From positions 62,001 through 126,000 of the forward strand of contig NW_027590143.1 of NCBI RefSeq assembly GCF_964213995.1: a stretch of DNA of 64,000 bases. Direction: 5' to 3'. The position numbers and the translations under genes were made by a program. Numbering within the stretch: the first letter of the stretch is position 1; each line of letters begins with the position of its first letter. This stretch comes from Mustelus asterias. Its lineage: Eukaryota. The notes under the pieces are model-generated. The model saw only the letters and a list, made by a program, of their open reading frames with translations, was not told the DNA's origin and did not search any database. Below, piece after piece: positions 27,298 to 40,116 of this stretch.

Positions 27298-28017
27298 AAC
27301 TGACAGCAGAGCGCCACCAATTGGCCTGACCGCAATATTCACCTCCACTGTGTTGCTGCAGGTTCTAATGGTTACACTAAGAGCCCATGTCAATTAATAC
27401 AAGACAAAAAACGTTTCTTTCAACTTGATTTCTCAACTCATCTTGAACTTCAACATTTAAAAGTGGTCGTCCAGCAAACATCTAAGGAGCAATGATTTCT
27501 GCTCAATCATTAATGCATCATTCTCATCTTCCTTCGAATAATTTTAACCAGCTCCACCCAGTGCTTGTTTGCTGTTCAATGTTTAATATTAATATATTTT
27601 TGTTAATTACATATCACCTCATTCTGAATTGAATATCTCTGAAATATACAACATTGAATTGCAAGCATGACTGACCAACAAAAGGAATCGAGTCACTGGG
27701 TAGTACACATCCCATGGTGCTTATTTGAGACAGTCAGCTTTTAAACAAAATCAGATATCTTTAAAGGGAAGAGATTTAAGAATGATCTGTTAGTTATACT
27801 TCATCCCTCTTTACTCTGTGAGTGAAACATTCTGGCGCCTAAATCTCGTTCATCTGCAGGAAGCCCAGCAGATCCGCACTGATTCTCGATTTCCTCATCT
27901 GTCTGAGTGGCTTTTCCTAATTCTTTACTCTGAACAACGATGTTAAAAAGATGGTTCTGTGCAATGTGCGCTATTTCCTCTAGTTCAGTTACAGTTTCAC
28001 GTATGCCTGTCTTTATA

Positions 28018-28150
28018 CTGTTAGGAGTCTAACAACACCAGGTTAAAGCCCAACAGGTTTATTTGGTAGCAAACGCCACTAGCTACCAAATAAACCTGTT
28101 GGACTTTAACCTGGTGTTGTCAGACTCCTTACTGTGTTTACCCCAGTCCA
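28018..28150. mobile_element. Penelope-derived hairpin insert
   Basis: ACAACACCAGGTTAAAGCCCAACAGGTTTATTTGGTAGC inverted against GCTACCAAATAAACCTGTTGGACTTTAACCTGGTGTTGT; absent from the first copy of the tandem duplication. Confidence 0.8.
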
Positions 28151-29209
28151 ACGCCGGCATCTCCACATCATTTATACTTTTAGATATGTTTCAGATGGTG
28201 ATTAACTTTGTTCGTCTGCATCAATAAAGCCATTAAATTCTGTTGTGGACTGAACGAGTTGCTGATATGAACACGGTGTCAAAAAGGGACCTCTATTTCC
28301 TTTCATTGCGTCATAAAAATACAAGATTTCAGATTTTGCTGAAAGATTTTGAGGCCGAGGTCAGAGCAAAGATAACATGGCTTTAATATCGAGTTTCGGA
28401 CGATGTTCAACAACAAATTTAAATCATGTAAACTTCCCTCATCCTTAAAGAACAAACACTAATAACATTCCGGCATGGCTTTGAACTGGGCAGCTTTCGT
28501 GTGTGAGGTGAATGCAATCACCACTTGCAAGCACCCAATGGGACTCTCTTGAAATGTTGCAACACTCATTGGGAATGCTGTAGACATATTGATCCAAGAA
28601 TGATTGAAAATGGTTGACAATGGCAGGCAACAATAAGAGGCCCTTTGACCCACAATGCCTATGCCAATTATTTGATTACGAGCTACCCAACTGATGTATC
28701 GGTGCGGGCTTGGTGGGCCGAAGGGCCTGTTCCTGTGCTGCACTGTTCTTTGTTCTCATTTTAGTTTCCTCCTCTGATTCCATGAAGCTGATTTTTCTCC
28801 CTTTCAAGTCATTGTCCAATCCCCATTTGAAGAAGGGGTTTCTGTGGAATCCGTGTCCATACAGTTTGCTTTAAGTAACAACGTTTCCTTGATCCAATGG
28901 CATGAAGTATTGGATATAGCTTCCCGACATAGTTTTCAATGTAAACATATATTTATTTATGCAATTGATTTCATATTGAATTTACAAAACGAGTTTAATC
29001 GGATGAAGCATCTCCTCATTATTTCTGAATTATATATAATATAACTAATTAACTTCACAACTTTCCACAGAATGTGGAATAGAACAGAGGAGAATGAATC
29101 ACCTGCACCCAAAGCAGTCTCCTTGTGTTGTCCTCCTGTGTCCCGAACATTTGATCCGATAACATTGAGAATGGGTGGGGAATCAGTCTTACCTACACTG
29201 ACCTCACAC

Positions 29210-29500
29210 GGGGCGGCACAGTGGCACATAGCTACCTCACAGCGCCAGGGACCCGGGTTCGATGCCTGGCTTGGGTCTGTGTGCAGTTTGCGTGTTCTTC
29301 CTGTGTGTACACGGGTTTCCTCTGTGTGCTCTGGTTTTCTCCCACAGTCCAAAAGACGCACTGGTTAGGTGCATCGCCACGCTAAAGTTCTCCCTTAGTG
29401 TATCCGAATAGGTGGCGGAGTGTGGCGACTAGGGGATTTTCACAGTAACTTCATTGCAGTATGAATGTTATCCCACTTGTGACACTAATAAAAAACTTTA
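29210..29500 (+). mobile_element. V-SINE variant with CTTGTGACACTAATAAA tail
   Basis: tRNA-like head GGGCGGCACAGTGGCAC..., V-domain, and a 3' tail different from HE1. Confidence 0.75.
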
Positions 29501-30782
29501 AACATGACACGGACACATCCAGAATATGTTTGACTGTAAAAAATAAATCCATCCATTGTTGCTTATTCTCCAATAGTCGTCAATTGCTTATAGTCATCAA
29601 TTAATGATCACCATTGATAAGAAATAGATTTCTGGCTGTTCCTGTTGTTAAAATGGACAGTTCCATCGCAATGATTATCTAACGGGATATTGCCGCACTG
29701 ACACGACCCCAGGGAATTCCAGTTCAGGGAGTTTTCTCTGGAACTAGTACGTTTTTGGCATTGTCAATGGGCGCGCTTCTCTTTAGTGTGTCTATGGCTG
29801 TGTTAATCTGATTGTTTATCTTCCTCAGTGACTGTGTTTGAGTCGATCGGTTTGAGAATCGATCACTGTGTTTACTTGTCCCTGTGTCTATACTTTGTTG
29901 ATTCTGTGCGGTATACGACGCTTCTAGTGAACACGGAGGTGGCGTTATTCATGTATTATCATGGTTAACAGCTGAGACTAATATATATCACAAATCTACA
30001 GAATAATTCTGTATTTATAGCGAGGGACGTTGATGTCAGTGCCTGGGCATATATCTACATGGTTATATATCCTTACATGTGTTAGCCTTTGCACGTGGCC
30101 GTGTATGTATCTGCTCTCCCCGTGTCTGCTGGGTTTCCTCAGGTGCTCCGGTTTCCTCCCACAATCCAAAGATGTGCAGGTTCGGTTGATTAGCCATGCT
30201 AAATTGACCCAAGTGTCAGGGGGATTAGCGGGGTAAATATATGGGGTTACGGGAATAGGGCCTGGGTGGCGTTGTGGCCAGTACATACTCGCTGGGCCGA
30301 ATGGCATTCTTCTGTACTGTACGGATTCTATGATTCTAATATCTCGAAATGTGTCAGTCTTTGCAGGTGGCCGTGTGTGTGTCTGTTTCCAATATGCGGC
30401 AGTGCTGTCCACGGGAGGGCGCTCTCTGATCACTTATGCAAGGTCACCCATTCCTTTTAGAGAAAGCGCCTGTTTGAAGATGTAAAAATGGGCGGAGACA
30501 GGGAGTCACGTTCGACCTCATACCATTCCACTGACTGTTTCAACTTCTCCAATTACAGTTCTGGCACAGTCAGTGATCACTGTCTCTGTTTCTGAAGCTC
30601 TAACTGGAACCATGGGGGTGAAATTCTGTCTGACTCTGGTTATTGTCCTGATCACAGCTCGGTCATTTTGAACCTTTGGGTGAAATCCATCAATCACCAA
30701 ATTAATTCCCCATTTCCATCTCGAGGCAATTATTCCGTTGTTGTTCCTCCTAATCCGCTTTGTGTCCGCTGTTTATTTTCAG

Positions 30783-32925
30783 AGATAGAGTCATAGAGTC
30801 ACAGAGTCACAGTGGTTTGCAGCATAGAAACTGGCCCTTCGGCCCAACTTGTCCATGATGCCCTTTTTGTTTAAACCACTAAACTAATCCCAATTGCCCG
30901 CATTTGGCCCATATCCCTCTATACCCATCTTACCCATGTAACTGTCTAAATGCTTTTTAAAAGACAAGATTGTACCCACCACTGCTGCTGCCTCTGGCAG
31001 CTTGTTCCAGATACTCACCACCTGCTGTGCGAAAAAAATGCCCCTCTGGAACTTTTGTATCTCTCCCCTCTCATTGAACTTATGCCCTCTGGTTTTAGAC
31101 TTCCCTATCTTTGGGAAAATATATTGACTGTCCAGCTGATCTGTGCCCCTCATTATTTTATAGACCTCTATAAGATCGCCCCTCAGCCTCCTACGCTCCA
31201 GAGAAAAAAGTCCCAGTCTATCCAGCCTCTCCTTATAACTCAGTCCATCAAGTCCCGGTAGCATCCTAGTAAATCTTTTCTGCACTCTTTCCAGTTTAAT
31301 AATATCCTTTCTACAATAGGGTGACCAGAACTGTACACAGTATTTCAAGTGTGGCCTCACCAATGTCTTGTCCAACTTCAACAAGACATCCCAACTCCTG
31401 TATTCAATGTTCTGACCAATGAATCCAAGCATGCCGATGCCTTTTTCACCACTCTGTCCACCTGTGACTCCACTTTCAAGGAGCTCTGAACATGTACCCT
31501 TAGATCTCTTTGTTCTGTAACTCTCCCCAACGTCCTCCCATTAACTGTGTAAGTCCTGCCCTGGTTCAATCTACCAAAATGCATCACCTCGCATTTGTCT
31601 AACTTAAACTCCATCTGCCATTCGTCAGCTCACTGGCCCAATTGATCAAGATCCCGTTGCAATCGAAGATAACTTTCTTCGCTGTGCACTATGCCACCAA
31701 TCTTGGTGTAATCTGCAAACCATGCTACCTATATTATCATCTAAATCATTAATATACATGACAAATAACAGTGGACCCAGTACTGATCCCCGAGGCATAC
31801 CGCTGGCCACAGGCCTCCAGTTTTAAAGACAACCCTCTACAACCACACTCTGGCTTCTGTCCAGAAGCCACTTTTGTATCAATTTAGATATCTCACCCTG
31901 GATCCCGTGAGATTTAACCTCATGCAACAACCAACCATGCGGTACCTTGTCAAAGGCCTTGCTAAAGTCCATGTAGACAACATCAACTGCACTGCCCTCA
32001 TCCACCTTCCTGGTTACCCCTTCAAAAAACTCAATCAAATTTGTGAGACATGATTTTCCACTCACAAAGCCATGCTGAGTGTCCCTAATCAGTCCTTGCG
32101 TCTCTTAATGCCTGTTGGTCCTGTCTCTCAAAATACCTTCCAACAACTACGCACCACAGATGTGAGGCTCACTGGCCTGTAGTTCCCAGGCTTTTCCCTG
32201 AAGCCCTTTTTAAACGAAGGCACAACATTTGCCACTCTCCAATCTTCAGGCACCTCACCCGTGACTATCGATGATTCAAATATCTCTGCTAGGGGATCTG
32301 CAATTTCCTCCCTAGCCTCCCACAATGTCCTGGGATACACTTCTTGATGCTCTTTAAGACTTCCAGCATCTCTTTCTCTGTAATATGTACGCTCCTCAAA
32401 ACATCACTATTTATTTCCCCAAGTTCACTAACATCCATGCTTTTCTCAACACTAAATACTGATGAGAAATATTCATTTAGGATCTCACCCATCCCTGTGG
32501 ATCGGCACATAGATTACCTTGTTGATTCTTAAGAAGCCCTACTCTCTCCCTTGTTACTCCTTTGCCCTTTATGTATTTGCAGAAGTTCTTTGGATTCTCC
32601 TTTGCCTTCTCTGCCAAAACAATCTCGTGTCCCTTTTTTGCTCTCCTGATTTCTCTCTTAACTCTACTCCTACACCCACTATACTCTTCAAGGGATTCAC
32701 TTGATCCCAGTGCCTATGCATGTCATGTGCCCCTTTCTTCTTCTTGACCAGGGCCTCAATATCCCGAGTCATCCAGCGTTCCCTACGTCTACCAGCCTTG
32801 CTCTTCACTCTAAGAGGACTGTGCTTACCCTGAACCCTGGTTAACACACTTTTGAAGCTTGCCACTTGCCAGAGGTCCCTTTGCCTTCCCACAGACTCCT
32901 TCAATTAACTTTTGAAAGTTCCTGC
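30783..32925 (-). mobile_element. CR1 LINE ORF2 fragment, frameshifted
   Basis: ORFs 30884, 31378, 31823, 32128 and 32569 are consecutive CR1 RT segments; CTCTATGA-type tail at 30783-30815. Confidence 0.93.
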
Positions 32926-33334
32926 CAGAGCGACTGCCCCCAATCAATGAGCTCCTTTGTCCATTCCTCAGTGCAGAACTCCTTCAGCCTGATCCTCCCA
33001 CAGTACTCAGCCTGATACAGAGTTAGCTCTTCTAACCATCAGCCTTTGCTGCTGTCTTCATTTGCTTTATGGTTACACATCAGGTTGTACTCTCTTTAGA
33101 TCAGTCAGGAATTAGGGTCACGAATGCGGCCACCTGCCCCATTAAGTCCATGCTCGTTCCCTGTGAATCAAACCATTGCCCCGTCGATCCCCAGACCCCT
33201 GTAGGTTTATTTCCCTCAATTGCCCATCCAATTTCCTTTTGGAAAGATTCCATCATCTCTGCTTCTCCCCCTTGCCGGAAGTGGGTTCCAGATATTTATC
33301 ACTTTCATCAGATGCAAATGAATCTGAGAGCAGA

Positions 33335-33702
33335 GAAATCATAGAAATCATAGAAACCCTACAGTGCGGAAGGAGGCCATTCGGCCCATCGAGTCTGCAC
33401 CGACCACAATCCCACCCAGGCCCTACCCCCACATATTTACTTGCTAATCCCTCTAACCTACGCATCTCAGGACTCTAAGGGGCAATTTTTAACCTGGCCA
33501 ATCAACCTAACCTGCACATCTTTGGACTGTGGGAGGAAACCGGAGCACCCGGAGGAAACCCACGCAGACACGAGGAGAATGTGCAAACTCCACACAGGCA
33601 GTGACCCGAGCCGGGAATCGAACCCGGGACCCTGGAGCTGTGAAACAGCAGTGCTAACCACTGTGCTACCGTGCCGCCCTAACCACTGTGCTACCGTGCC
33701 GC
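33335..33702 (-). mobile_element. Full-length young HE1-like V-SINE
   Basis: Complete head, V-domain and TTTCTATGA tail; nearly the reverse complement of 43244-43596. Confidence 0.9.
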
Positions 33703-35179
33703 CGAGAAGGAGGCCATTCCAGCCATTGTACCCATGATATCCCTTTGAACAAGATCTTCCATTAATCCCATATTTCATTTCGAATCTGTCCAGTTCCCTT
33801 TTGAAAGATCCAGTTTAATTTGCTTCCTGCACCATTTTCTGACAGTGAATTCCAAATCACAACAACTCATTCTGTTTTAAACCAAATAATTTCACGATAT
33901 ATTGTGTTTGGATTTTCACAGGGGATTTGGAAACGGAGTGAAAGACATGGTTGTTACTCAAAATTAAGACTCAGTCTTTATTAATGATCTCAATGAGCGG
34001 ACTGAGTGTGATGTATCCAAGTTGGGGACTATTTCTAAAAAGGAAATTACATTTCTGCAGCTTCTTGCATGACCACAAGATCTTGGAAAGTGTTTTACGG
34101 TCAAGTTATTTTGAAGTGTAGTCACTGTTGTGATGTGGGTAAATGTAGGGGTGCCTCAGAAATGAAAATGATCACTTTCATCTGTATTAACAGTTAAATA
34201 TAACTAGGTCAAGGAAGCCATGTTAAACTCTAACATGTGATGAGATCTTTATATCATAAAGCTAAAAGCCTCCAGACACGGCTGAGCAAGCAATTAAGGA
34301 ATTCTTCAATCATTTTGATAAGTTAGAGGACATTATATTCTGCTAAAGTCTGGCTCAAGAATGAGGCTGATTGTTCAACCTGATCAAGATTAGTAAGAAA
34401 GCTTTGTGTCTTTCACAAAGTATATTTTTGAACCATTGTATCTTGTGTTAACCAAATATATTAATTAAAGATTACTCTAACAATTAGCGACCAGTCAGTA
34501 ACAGATGGTTGAATAAGTAGTGAGCCATAATTGAGTTAAAGTTAATGAATCAATAATAAGTCAGTAGTTGTAATGAAAGATTGAGTTTTATTTGCAGTCA
34601 AATGTAAAAGTTTAATTGCTGTGTATGTAAAGAATGTGCAGTGAAGATAAATGTACTGGCGAGAGAGACCTTCCAGCTCTGATTAGCCTCAACATTTGTA
34701 CAGGGATTGTATAGAATCAGATAAAGGGATGGTGTGAAATTATTCTATTGTATTCCTGATAATGACAGAAAATGGGGCAAGTAATTGGGGATACAATTAA
34801 TCTAGTGACAAAACTGCTTTCTTTCTTCACTACAACCATTACCTCTCCCTTTGCCTTTTGTTCCAGGACATTTTTGACATTTAATCTCGTCGCCCACTAA
34901 CCAATCCCTGACTTTCCCTTTTGTTCGACCTGACCCTCCCCCTTTCTCATCAGTATCAAACCCATCACATTTCTCCCTCTAGTTCTGAAGTAGAGTTACA
35001 TTGGACGTGAAACATTAACTCAGTTTCCCTCTCCACAAATGCTGCCAGACCTGTGTTTTTCCAGTTCTTTCTGTATTTATTTTAGATCTACCTGCAGTGG
35101 AGGAAAAACACTATTTACTATCCAGGATAAAATAAATGTCTTTCATCAGTTTTTGTGGATCATTTTATTTGTTTGTTTA

Positions 35180-35595
35180 GCTATGAGGAGAGGTTGGAGA
35201 AACTTGGTTTGTTCTCACTGGAACAAGAGAGGTTGAGGAGCGACCTGATAGAAGTCTCCAATATTATGAGGGGCATGGACAGAATGGATAGTCAAACGCT
35301 TTTTCCCAGAGTGGAAGAGTCACAGCTTTAAGGTGCGAGGGGCAAGGTTTAAAGGAGATGTATAAGGCAGATTTTTTACACAGAGGGTGGTGGGTGCCTG
35401 GAACTCGCTGCCGGGGGTGGTAGTGGAAGCGGATACGATCGTGACTTTTAAGGGGCATCTGGACAAATACATGAATAGGATGGGAATAGAGGGATATGGT
35501 CCCCGGAAGGGTAGGGGGTTGTGGTTCAGTCAGGCAGCATGATCAGTGCAGGCTTGGAGGGCCTGTTCTTGTGCTGTAATTTTCTTTGTTCTTAT
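35180..35595 (+). mobile_element. CR1 3' fragment
   Basis: SYEERLEKLGLFSLEQ...DLIE-type end and CTGTAATTTTCTTTGTTCT tail. Confidence 0.8.
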
Positions 35596-35767
35596 TTCAT
35601 TGGAAATGTGCTCTCCCAGGCTCAAAGAGCATCAGCTCATTGGAAGCAGAGGGGCGAAACCGGCCAGTCCAGCAGAAAGAAAACCCTTCAACCTTCCACT
35701 TCACCAACTGTCAGAATGAACATGGTTCAGTGCTGGATGTGATTAACAGCAGAAACCAACTCGATAA

Positions 35768-36526
35768 TCATTTGTGAATCTGTTGGTGTTTCTGCAGGTT
35801 GGATAACCGAGTCAATCCCTTCCCACACACAGAGCAGGCGAACGGCCTCTCCCCAGTGTGAACTCGCTGGTGTATCCGCAGTGCAGATGACCATTTAAAT
35901 CTCATTGAGCAGTGAGAGCAGCTGAACGGTCTCTCCTCAGTGTGAATGCGCTGGTGGGACATCAGATCCACTGAGCTTTTGAATCCACTCCCACAGTCAG
36001 AACATTTAAAGGGTCTCTCATTGGTGTGAATGAGATTGTGTCTCAGCAGGATGGATAACTGAGTGAATCCCTTCCCACACACAGAGCAGGTGAATGGCCT
36101 CTCCCCAGTATGAACTCGCTGGTGTTCCCGCAGATGGAATGTCGTTCTAAACTTCTTTGTGCAGTGAGAGCAGCTGAACGGTCTCTCCCCATTGTGAGTG
36201 CGTTGGTGGGACACCAGTTCTCGAGAACTTTTAAATCCACTCCCACAGTCAGTACATTTAAAGGGTCTCTCATTGGTGTGAGTGACTTTGTGACTCAGCA
36301 GGTGGGAGGACCGAGTGAATCCCTTCCCACACTGAGAGCAGGTGAATGGCCTCTCCCCAGTGTGAACACGCTGGTGTCTCTGCAGGTGGGATGACTGAGT
36401 GAATCCCTTCCCACAATCAGAGCAGCTGAATGGTCTCTCTCCAGTGTGACTGCGTCGATGAGTTTCCAGCTCTGATGGGGCATTGTATCCCTTCCCACAG
36501 TCCCCACATTTCCACGGTTTCTCCAT
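35768..36526 (-). CDS. C2H2 zinc-finger protein, 9 intact fingers, subfamily A (ZNF-4)
   Basis: ACCATGGAGAAACCGTGG start, 9 fingers, TGA at 35768-35770; acceptor at 36857-36858; upstream mini-exon donor CA|GTGAGC near 37079. Closest paralog of ZNF-1. Confidence 0.9.
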   Translation of the reverse strand: MEKPWKCGDCGKGYNAPSELETHRRSHTGERPFSCSDCGKGFTQSSHLQRHQRVHTGERPFTCSQCGKGFTRSSHLLSHKVTHTNERPFKCTDCGSGFKSSRELVSHQRTHNGERPFSCSHCTKKFRTTFHLREHQRVHTGERPFTCSVCGKGFTQLSILLRHNLIHTNERPFKCSDCGSGFKSSVDLMSHQRIHTEERPFSCSHCSMRFKWSSALRIHQRVHTGERPFACSVCGKGLTRLSNLQKHQQIHK

Positions 36527-37249
36527 GGTTCGGGTGTCCTTGTGACTCTCCAGGTTAAACAATCAGTTAAATCTCACACAGAACACGAGTATAATCTCTC
36601 CCCGCTGGGAATGCTGTGATGTATTTTCAGGCTGTGTAACTGGTTAAAGCTCTTTCCACACTCAGTGCACTGGAACACTCTCACTCGTAGTGCTTTTCCA
36701 GTCACGCTGATGTTGAGAATCTTCTGAAGCAGAAAGAACAGAGAAACATTTCACCTTCTAGAATCAAAGGTCAGTGATATTCAGGTCCCGATAAATTGAA
36801 TGCTGATGTGATGTTTGTTTTGAGTTTTTGTCTGTAAATCCTCACCTTCTGATATCCTGTAAAACGAGTTTGAAAAATTCATCACAGTCAGTACAGCATA
36901 GAAATTCAGAACAGACAATTCTAGTTTCTATGGAACATTCTTTCTTCTCTCATTCCCCAAAAGCTGTAAATCTCCATCCCACACACTCTCCCTCCATTCT
37001 CACTCCGCTGTATCTAATATTCACCCTCCCAATTCTCCTGAAGGTGCTGATTGAGGCTGATTGACAGATCCATGCTCACTGCTTCCTGTCCTGGACACAG
37101 AGAGCTGGAAATCTCCATGCAGGCTTCCGGCCGAACAGAAATATGACTATATTCCTCGACTAAGAATGTTTTAAATGGATTGTTTCAGTTAGTGAAGATA
37201 CAGGGGGTTGTGACTGATGATAGTCTTGAACTTGCTGCCTGTGAGGGTG

Positions 37250-37970
37250 GTCATAGAGTTTGACAGCATGGAAAGAGGCTCTTCAGCCTATCGTGTTTGC
37301 GCCGACCATCAAACACCTTTCTATTCTAATCCCATTTTCCACTCTTGGTGCGTAACCTTGTATGCTATGGCATTTCAAGAGCTCATCTAAATACTTCTTA
37401 AATGTTTCAGGCAGTGAGTTCCAGATTCCCACCACCGTCTGAGTGAAAAGGTTTTTCCTCACATCTTCTATAAACCTACTGCCCCTGAACTTAAATCCAT
37501 GCCTTTGGTTATTGCCCCCTCTACTAAAGCGAAAAGTTCCTTCCTGTCCCCCTCCATCTGTGCCCCTCAGAATTTTATACACCTCAATAAGGTCCCCTCA
37601 CCCTTCTCTGCTCCAAGAAAAACAACGCCAGCCTATCCAGTTTCCCTTGATAGCTGAAACACTCCAGCCCAGGCAACACCCTGGGGAATTTCCTCTTCAC
37701 CTTCTACAGTGCAATTACATCCTTCCCATAGTGTGGCGACCAGAACTGCACACAGTACTCCAGCTGTGGCCTATCCAGTGTTTTATACAGCTCCATCATA
37801 ACCTCCCTGCCTTTATAGTCAATGCCTTGGTTAATAAAGGCAAGTATGCCACGTGCCTTCTGAACCACCTTATGTAGCTGTCCGACTGTCTTCAGAGATC
37901 TATGATCATCCACACCAAGGTCCCTCTGATCCTCTGTACCTCCGAGGATCTGACTATTCATTGTGCATTC
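37250..37970 (-). mobile_element. CR1 3' fragment
   Basis: ORFs 37283..37582 and 37704..37961 (RPQLEYCVQFWSPH). Confidence 0.88.
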
Positions 37971-38047
37971 CGAGATGCCGCTTGTAAAAATTGCTTCAAA
38001 TTAAGCTAAAATGTAACCAAATGACTTCAACCAAGCACAGCATGTCA

Positions 38048-38086
38048 ATACTACACTGGATCTTAGCCAAAAGGCCGAGAAGCGAT
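38048..38086 (-). pseudogene. RNU2: U2 snRNA 5' fragment (nt 1-39)
   Basis: Minus strand reads ATCGCTTCTCGGCCTTTTGGCTAAGATCCAGTGTAGTAT, matching U2 nt 1-39 with one mismatch, then diverges. Confidence 0.88.
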
Positions 38087-38227
38087 ACCTCCTGCTCTTA
38101 ATAAACTGACAGAACACCTTTGGATTTCCTCACAGATGTTGCCGAGAGGAGGAGGTTTGGTCTGAAGCTCATTGGCCAACCAACTTCCGCATTCAGACAA
38201 TGGGGAGCTCTGATTGGCTGGAGGACC

Positions 38228-40116
38228 AAATAAACAAACTCAGGTTAAATCAGGACAAAGTAAAAGGGGCAGCTCCCCAGAAGGAGGGGGAACAGCCCGA
38301 ACAGAAATCAAAGTACAAAGGAAACTTAAAAACATCAAATTAAAATGTGATTATTGGGGTCAATAATGCACCCCAACCCCTGCGGTGCCCAGCGGGCGTG
38401 GAAGGCATCAACCGCGCCCGTGGACACCGCATGCTCCCTCTCCAGGGACACCTGGCCGCGAACGTAGCCGCGGTAGAGGGGAAGACAGTCAGGATGGACG
38501 GCCCCCTCGATCGCCCGCTGCCTGGACCGGTAAATGGCACGTTTCGCCAGGCCCAGGAGCAGGTTCACGAGGAGGTCGCCATCCCGACCCTCCCCTCTCC
38601 GCACCGGGTGTCCGTAGATCAGGAGCGTGGGACTGAAGTGCAGACAAAACATCAACAAAAGGTTCTTCAGGAAAACATAAAGGGAGTGCAGCCTAAGACA
38701 CACAACATAGACATGGTCCACGGACTCCACAAGGCCGCAGAAAGGGCAGTCTTCGGAGCCCGTGAACCAGTGAATCCTACGGTTGTGCGGCACTGCTGCA
38801 TGCATCACCCTCCACCCCAGGTCCCCGACGTAATTGGGGGAGATCCTTCCGTAGAGGGACCTCCAGCGGGGACCTCCGCCGCCCGGCGGCAACAAGGCCC
38901 ACCAAGGTGTATCCGGGCGACAGGCGAGGAGGCGGTAGTGGAAGGTGTGCAGCAGCAGCCCGCACAGGAAACGCCTCCGCGCGGTAGAAAAAGGCACGGA
39001 GGACATTTCCGCGAGGCGGCTCAGGCTGTGGGGCACCTCACCCAGGGGAGGGGGCTGAGGCTTTGGGCCAATGTGGAATTCCGCCTGAACAGGGGAACGC
39101 TCGGGCGGGATCCCACCGCACGCCTGCGCCGTCTCCAGTTTGCGTGCAGTTTCGGGGCCGAGCACGACCGTCCTAAGGTCTAGGATGGCTTTGGCCGCGC
39201 GCCAGACGGACGTCCCCGCGCGCTCAGCCAGCACGCGGGGACTCATCCAGCCCGCCCCTCCGCCATCGAGCACGTCCCCGATTCTGGTCACCCCGGCGTC
39301 CACAGCCCCCCTCTCCGCCAGCCACCTGAAGTTATACGGCTGGAGGAGCGGATTCCTGAGCAGCGGCTCTCGCACAAGAGCCGTTACTCCTGACAGGGGG
39401 GGGCGGGGAGCTGCGTTGCGAGGCGACCTTGTTCCAGACAGTGAGGAGGTCCTGGTAAAAGACGGGCAACTCCTGCAGGGTGGTCGGAGCACGCCCCAGT
39501 TCGATATGCAGGAGCTGCACGTCATAATTGAGGCCGTGCCAGTGGCGGAAGAAATACGTCGCCATGGCACACCACTGTGGAGGGGGCTCAACGTAAAGGT
39601 ACCTCTGCAGGGCCTGGAGGCGGAAGGTCGCTATCTGAGTGCGAAGGCACACCAGACCTTGTCCGCCCTCCTTAAGCGGGAGATACAGGACCGCAGCAGG
39701 GACCCAGTGCAGTCGATTGTCCCAGAAGAACCGCAGGAGGGTTCTCTGGATATCGGTGACAAAGCCAGGGGAGGGGTCAAAGGGACCAGCCGGTACCACA
39801 GCATGGAGGCGACCAGCTGGTTTATGACGCGGGCTCGCGCCCCGTAGGACAGCACTCGGAGCAGTCCTGTCCAGCGACTCAGGCGGGCGGAGACTTTGGC
39901 CTCCAGCTCCCGCCAGTTCGCCGGCCAGGATTCCTCGGCTGGGCAGAGATGGGCCCCCAAGTAGAGGAGGTTGGTCCTGCTCCAGGTGAAAGGCCTGAGC
40001 TCCGTCTCCCAAGGACCGACAAGGAGTCCGGAGCACTTAGCCCAGTTGATCCTGGCAGAGGACGCGGCGGAGTATACCGCCTGGCATTCTCGCATCCTCC
40101 GCAGGTCAGCCGGGAC
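38228..40116 (-). mobile_element. L1/Tx1-clade non-LTR retrotransposon, 5'-truncated ORF2 C-terminal part
   Basis: YSAASSARINWAKC, NLLYLG, VINQLVASMLWY, FFWDNRLHWV...EGGQGL and C-terminal CPFCGLVESVDHVYVVC (CCHC) across frameshifted ORFs 39631, 39332 and 38335; GC- and CpG-rich. Confidence 0.9.

Larger units (their letters stand above)
26505..28445. repeat. Diverged ~1.08-kb tandem duplication (relic tRNA array unit)
   Basis: 26505-27215 aligns colinearly with 27580-28445 (e.g. CATTCTGAATTGAATATCTC and CATCCCATGGTGCTTATTTGAGACAGTCAGC in both); the second copy carries a Penelope-derived insert and stops before the tRNA position. Confidence 0.85.

Noticed and set aside
29665-29705. C/D box snoRNA (ATGATTA...CTGA)
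   Set aside because: Too short, imperfect C box, no terminal stem or recognisable rRNA guide
33600-33702. Additional tRNA genes at SINE heads
   Set aside because: A/B-box-like heads continue into V-domain and LINE-like tails and do not form complete cloverleaves
36702-36704. Selenocysteine or programmed readthrough at the TGA shared by subfamily-A leaders
   Set aside because: One paralog has TAA and all copies have further stops or indels before the finger ORF; inheritance of an ancestral nonsense change is simpler
38048-40116. This Tx1 copy inserted site-specifically into this U2 gene, or a functional U2 gene
   Set aside because: The U2 5' fragment lies downstream of the element's 3' end (wrong side), and the rest of U2 including the Sm site is absent
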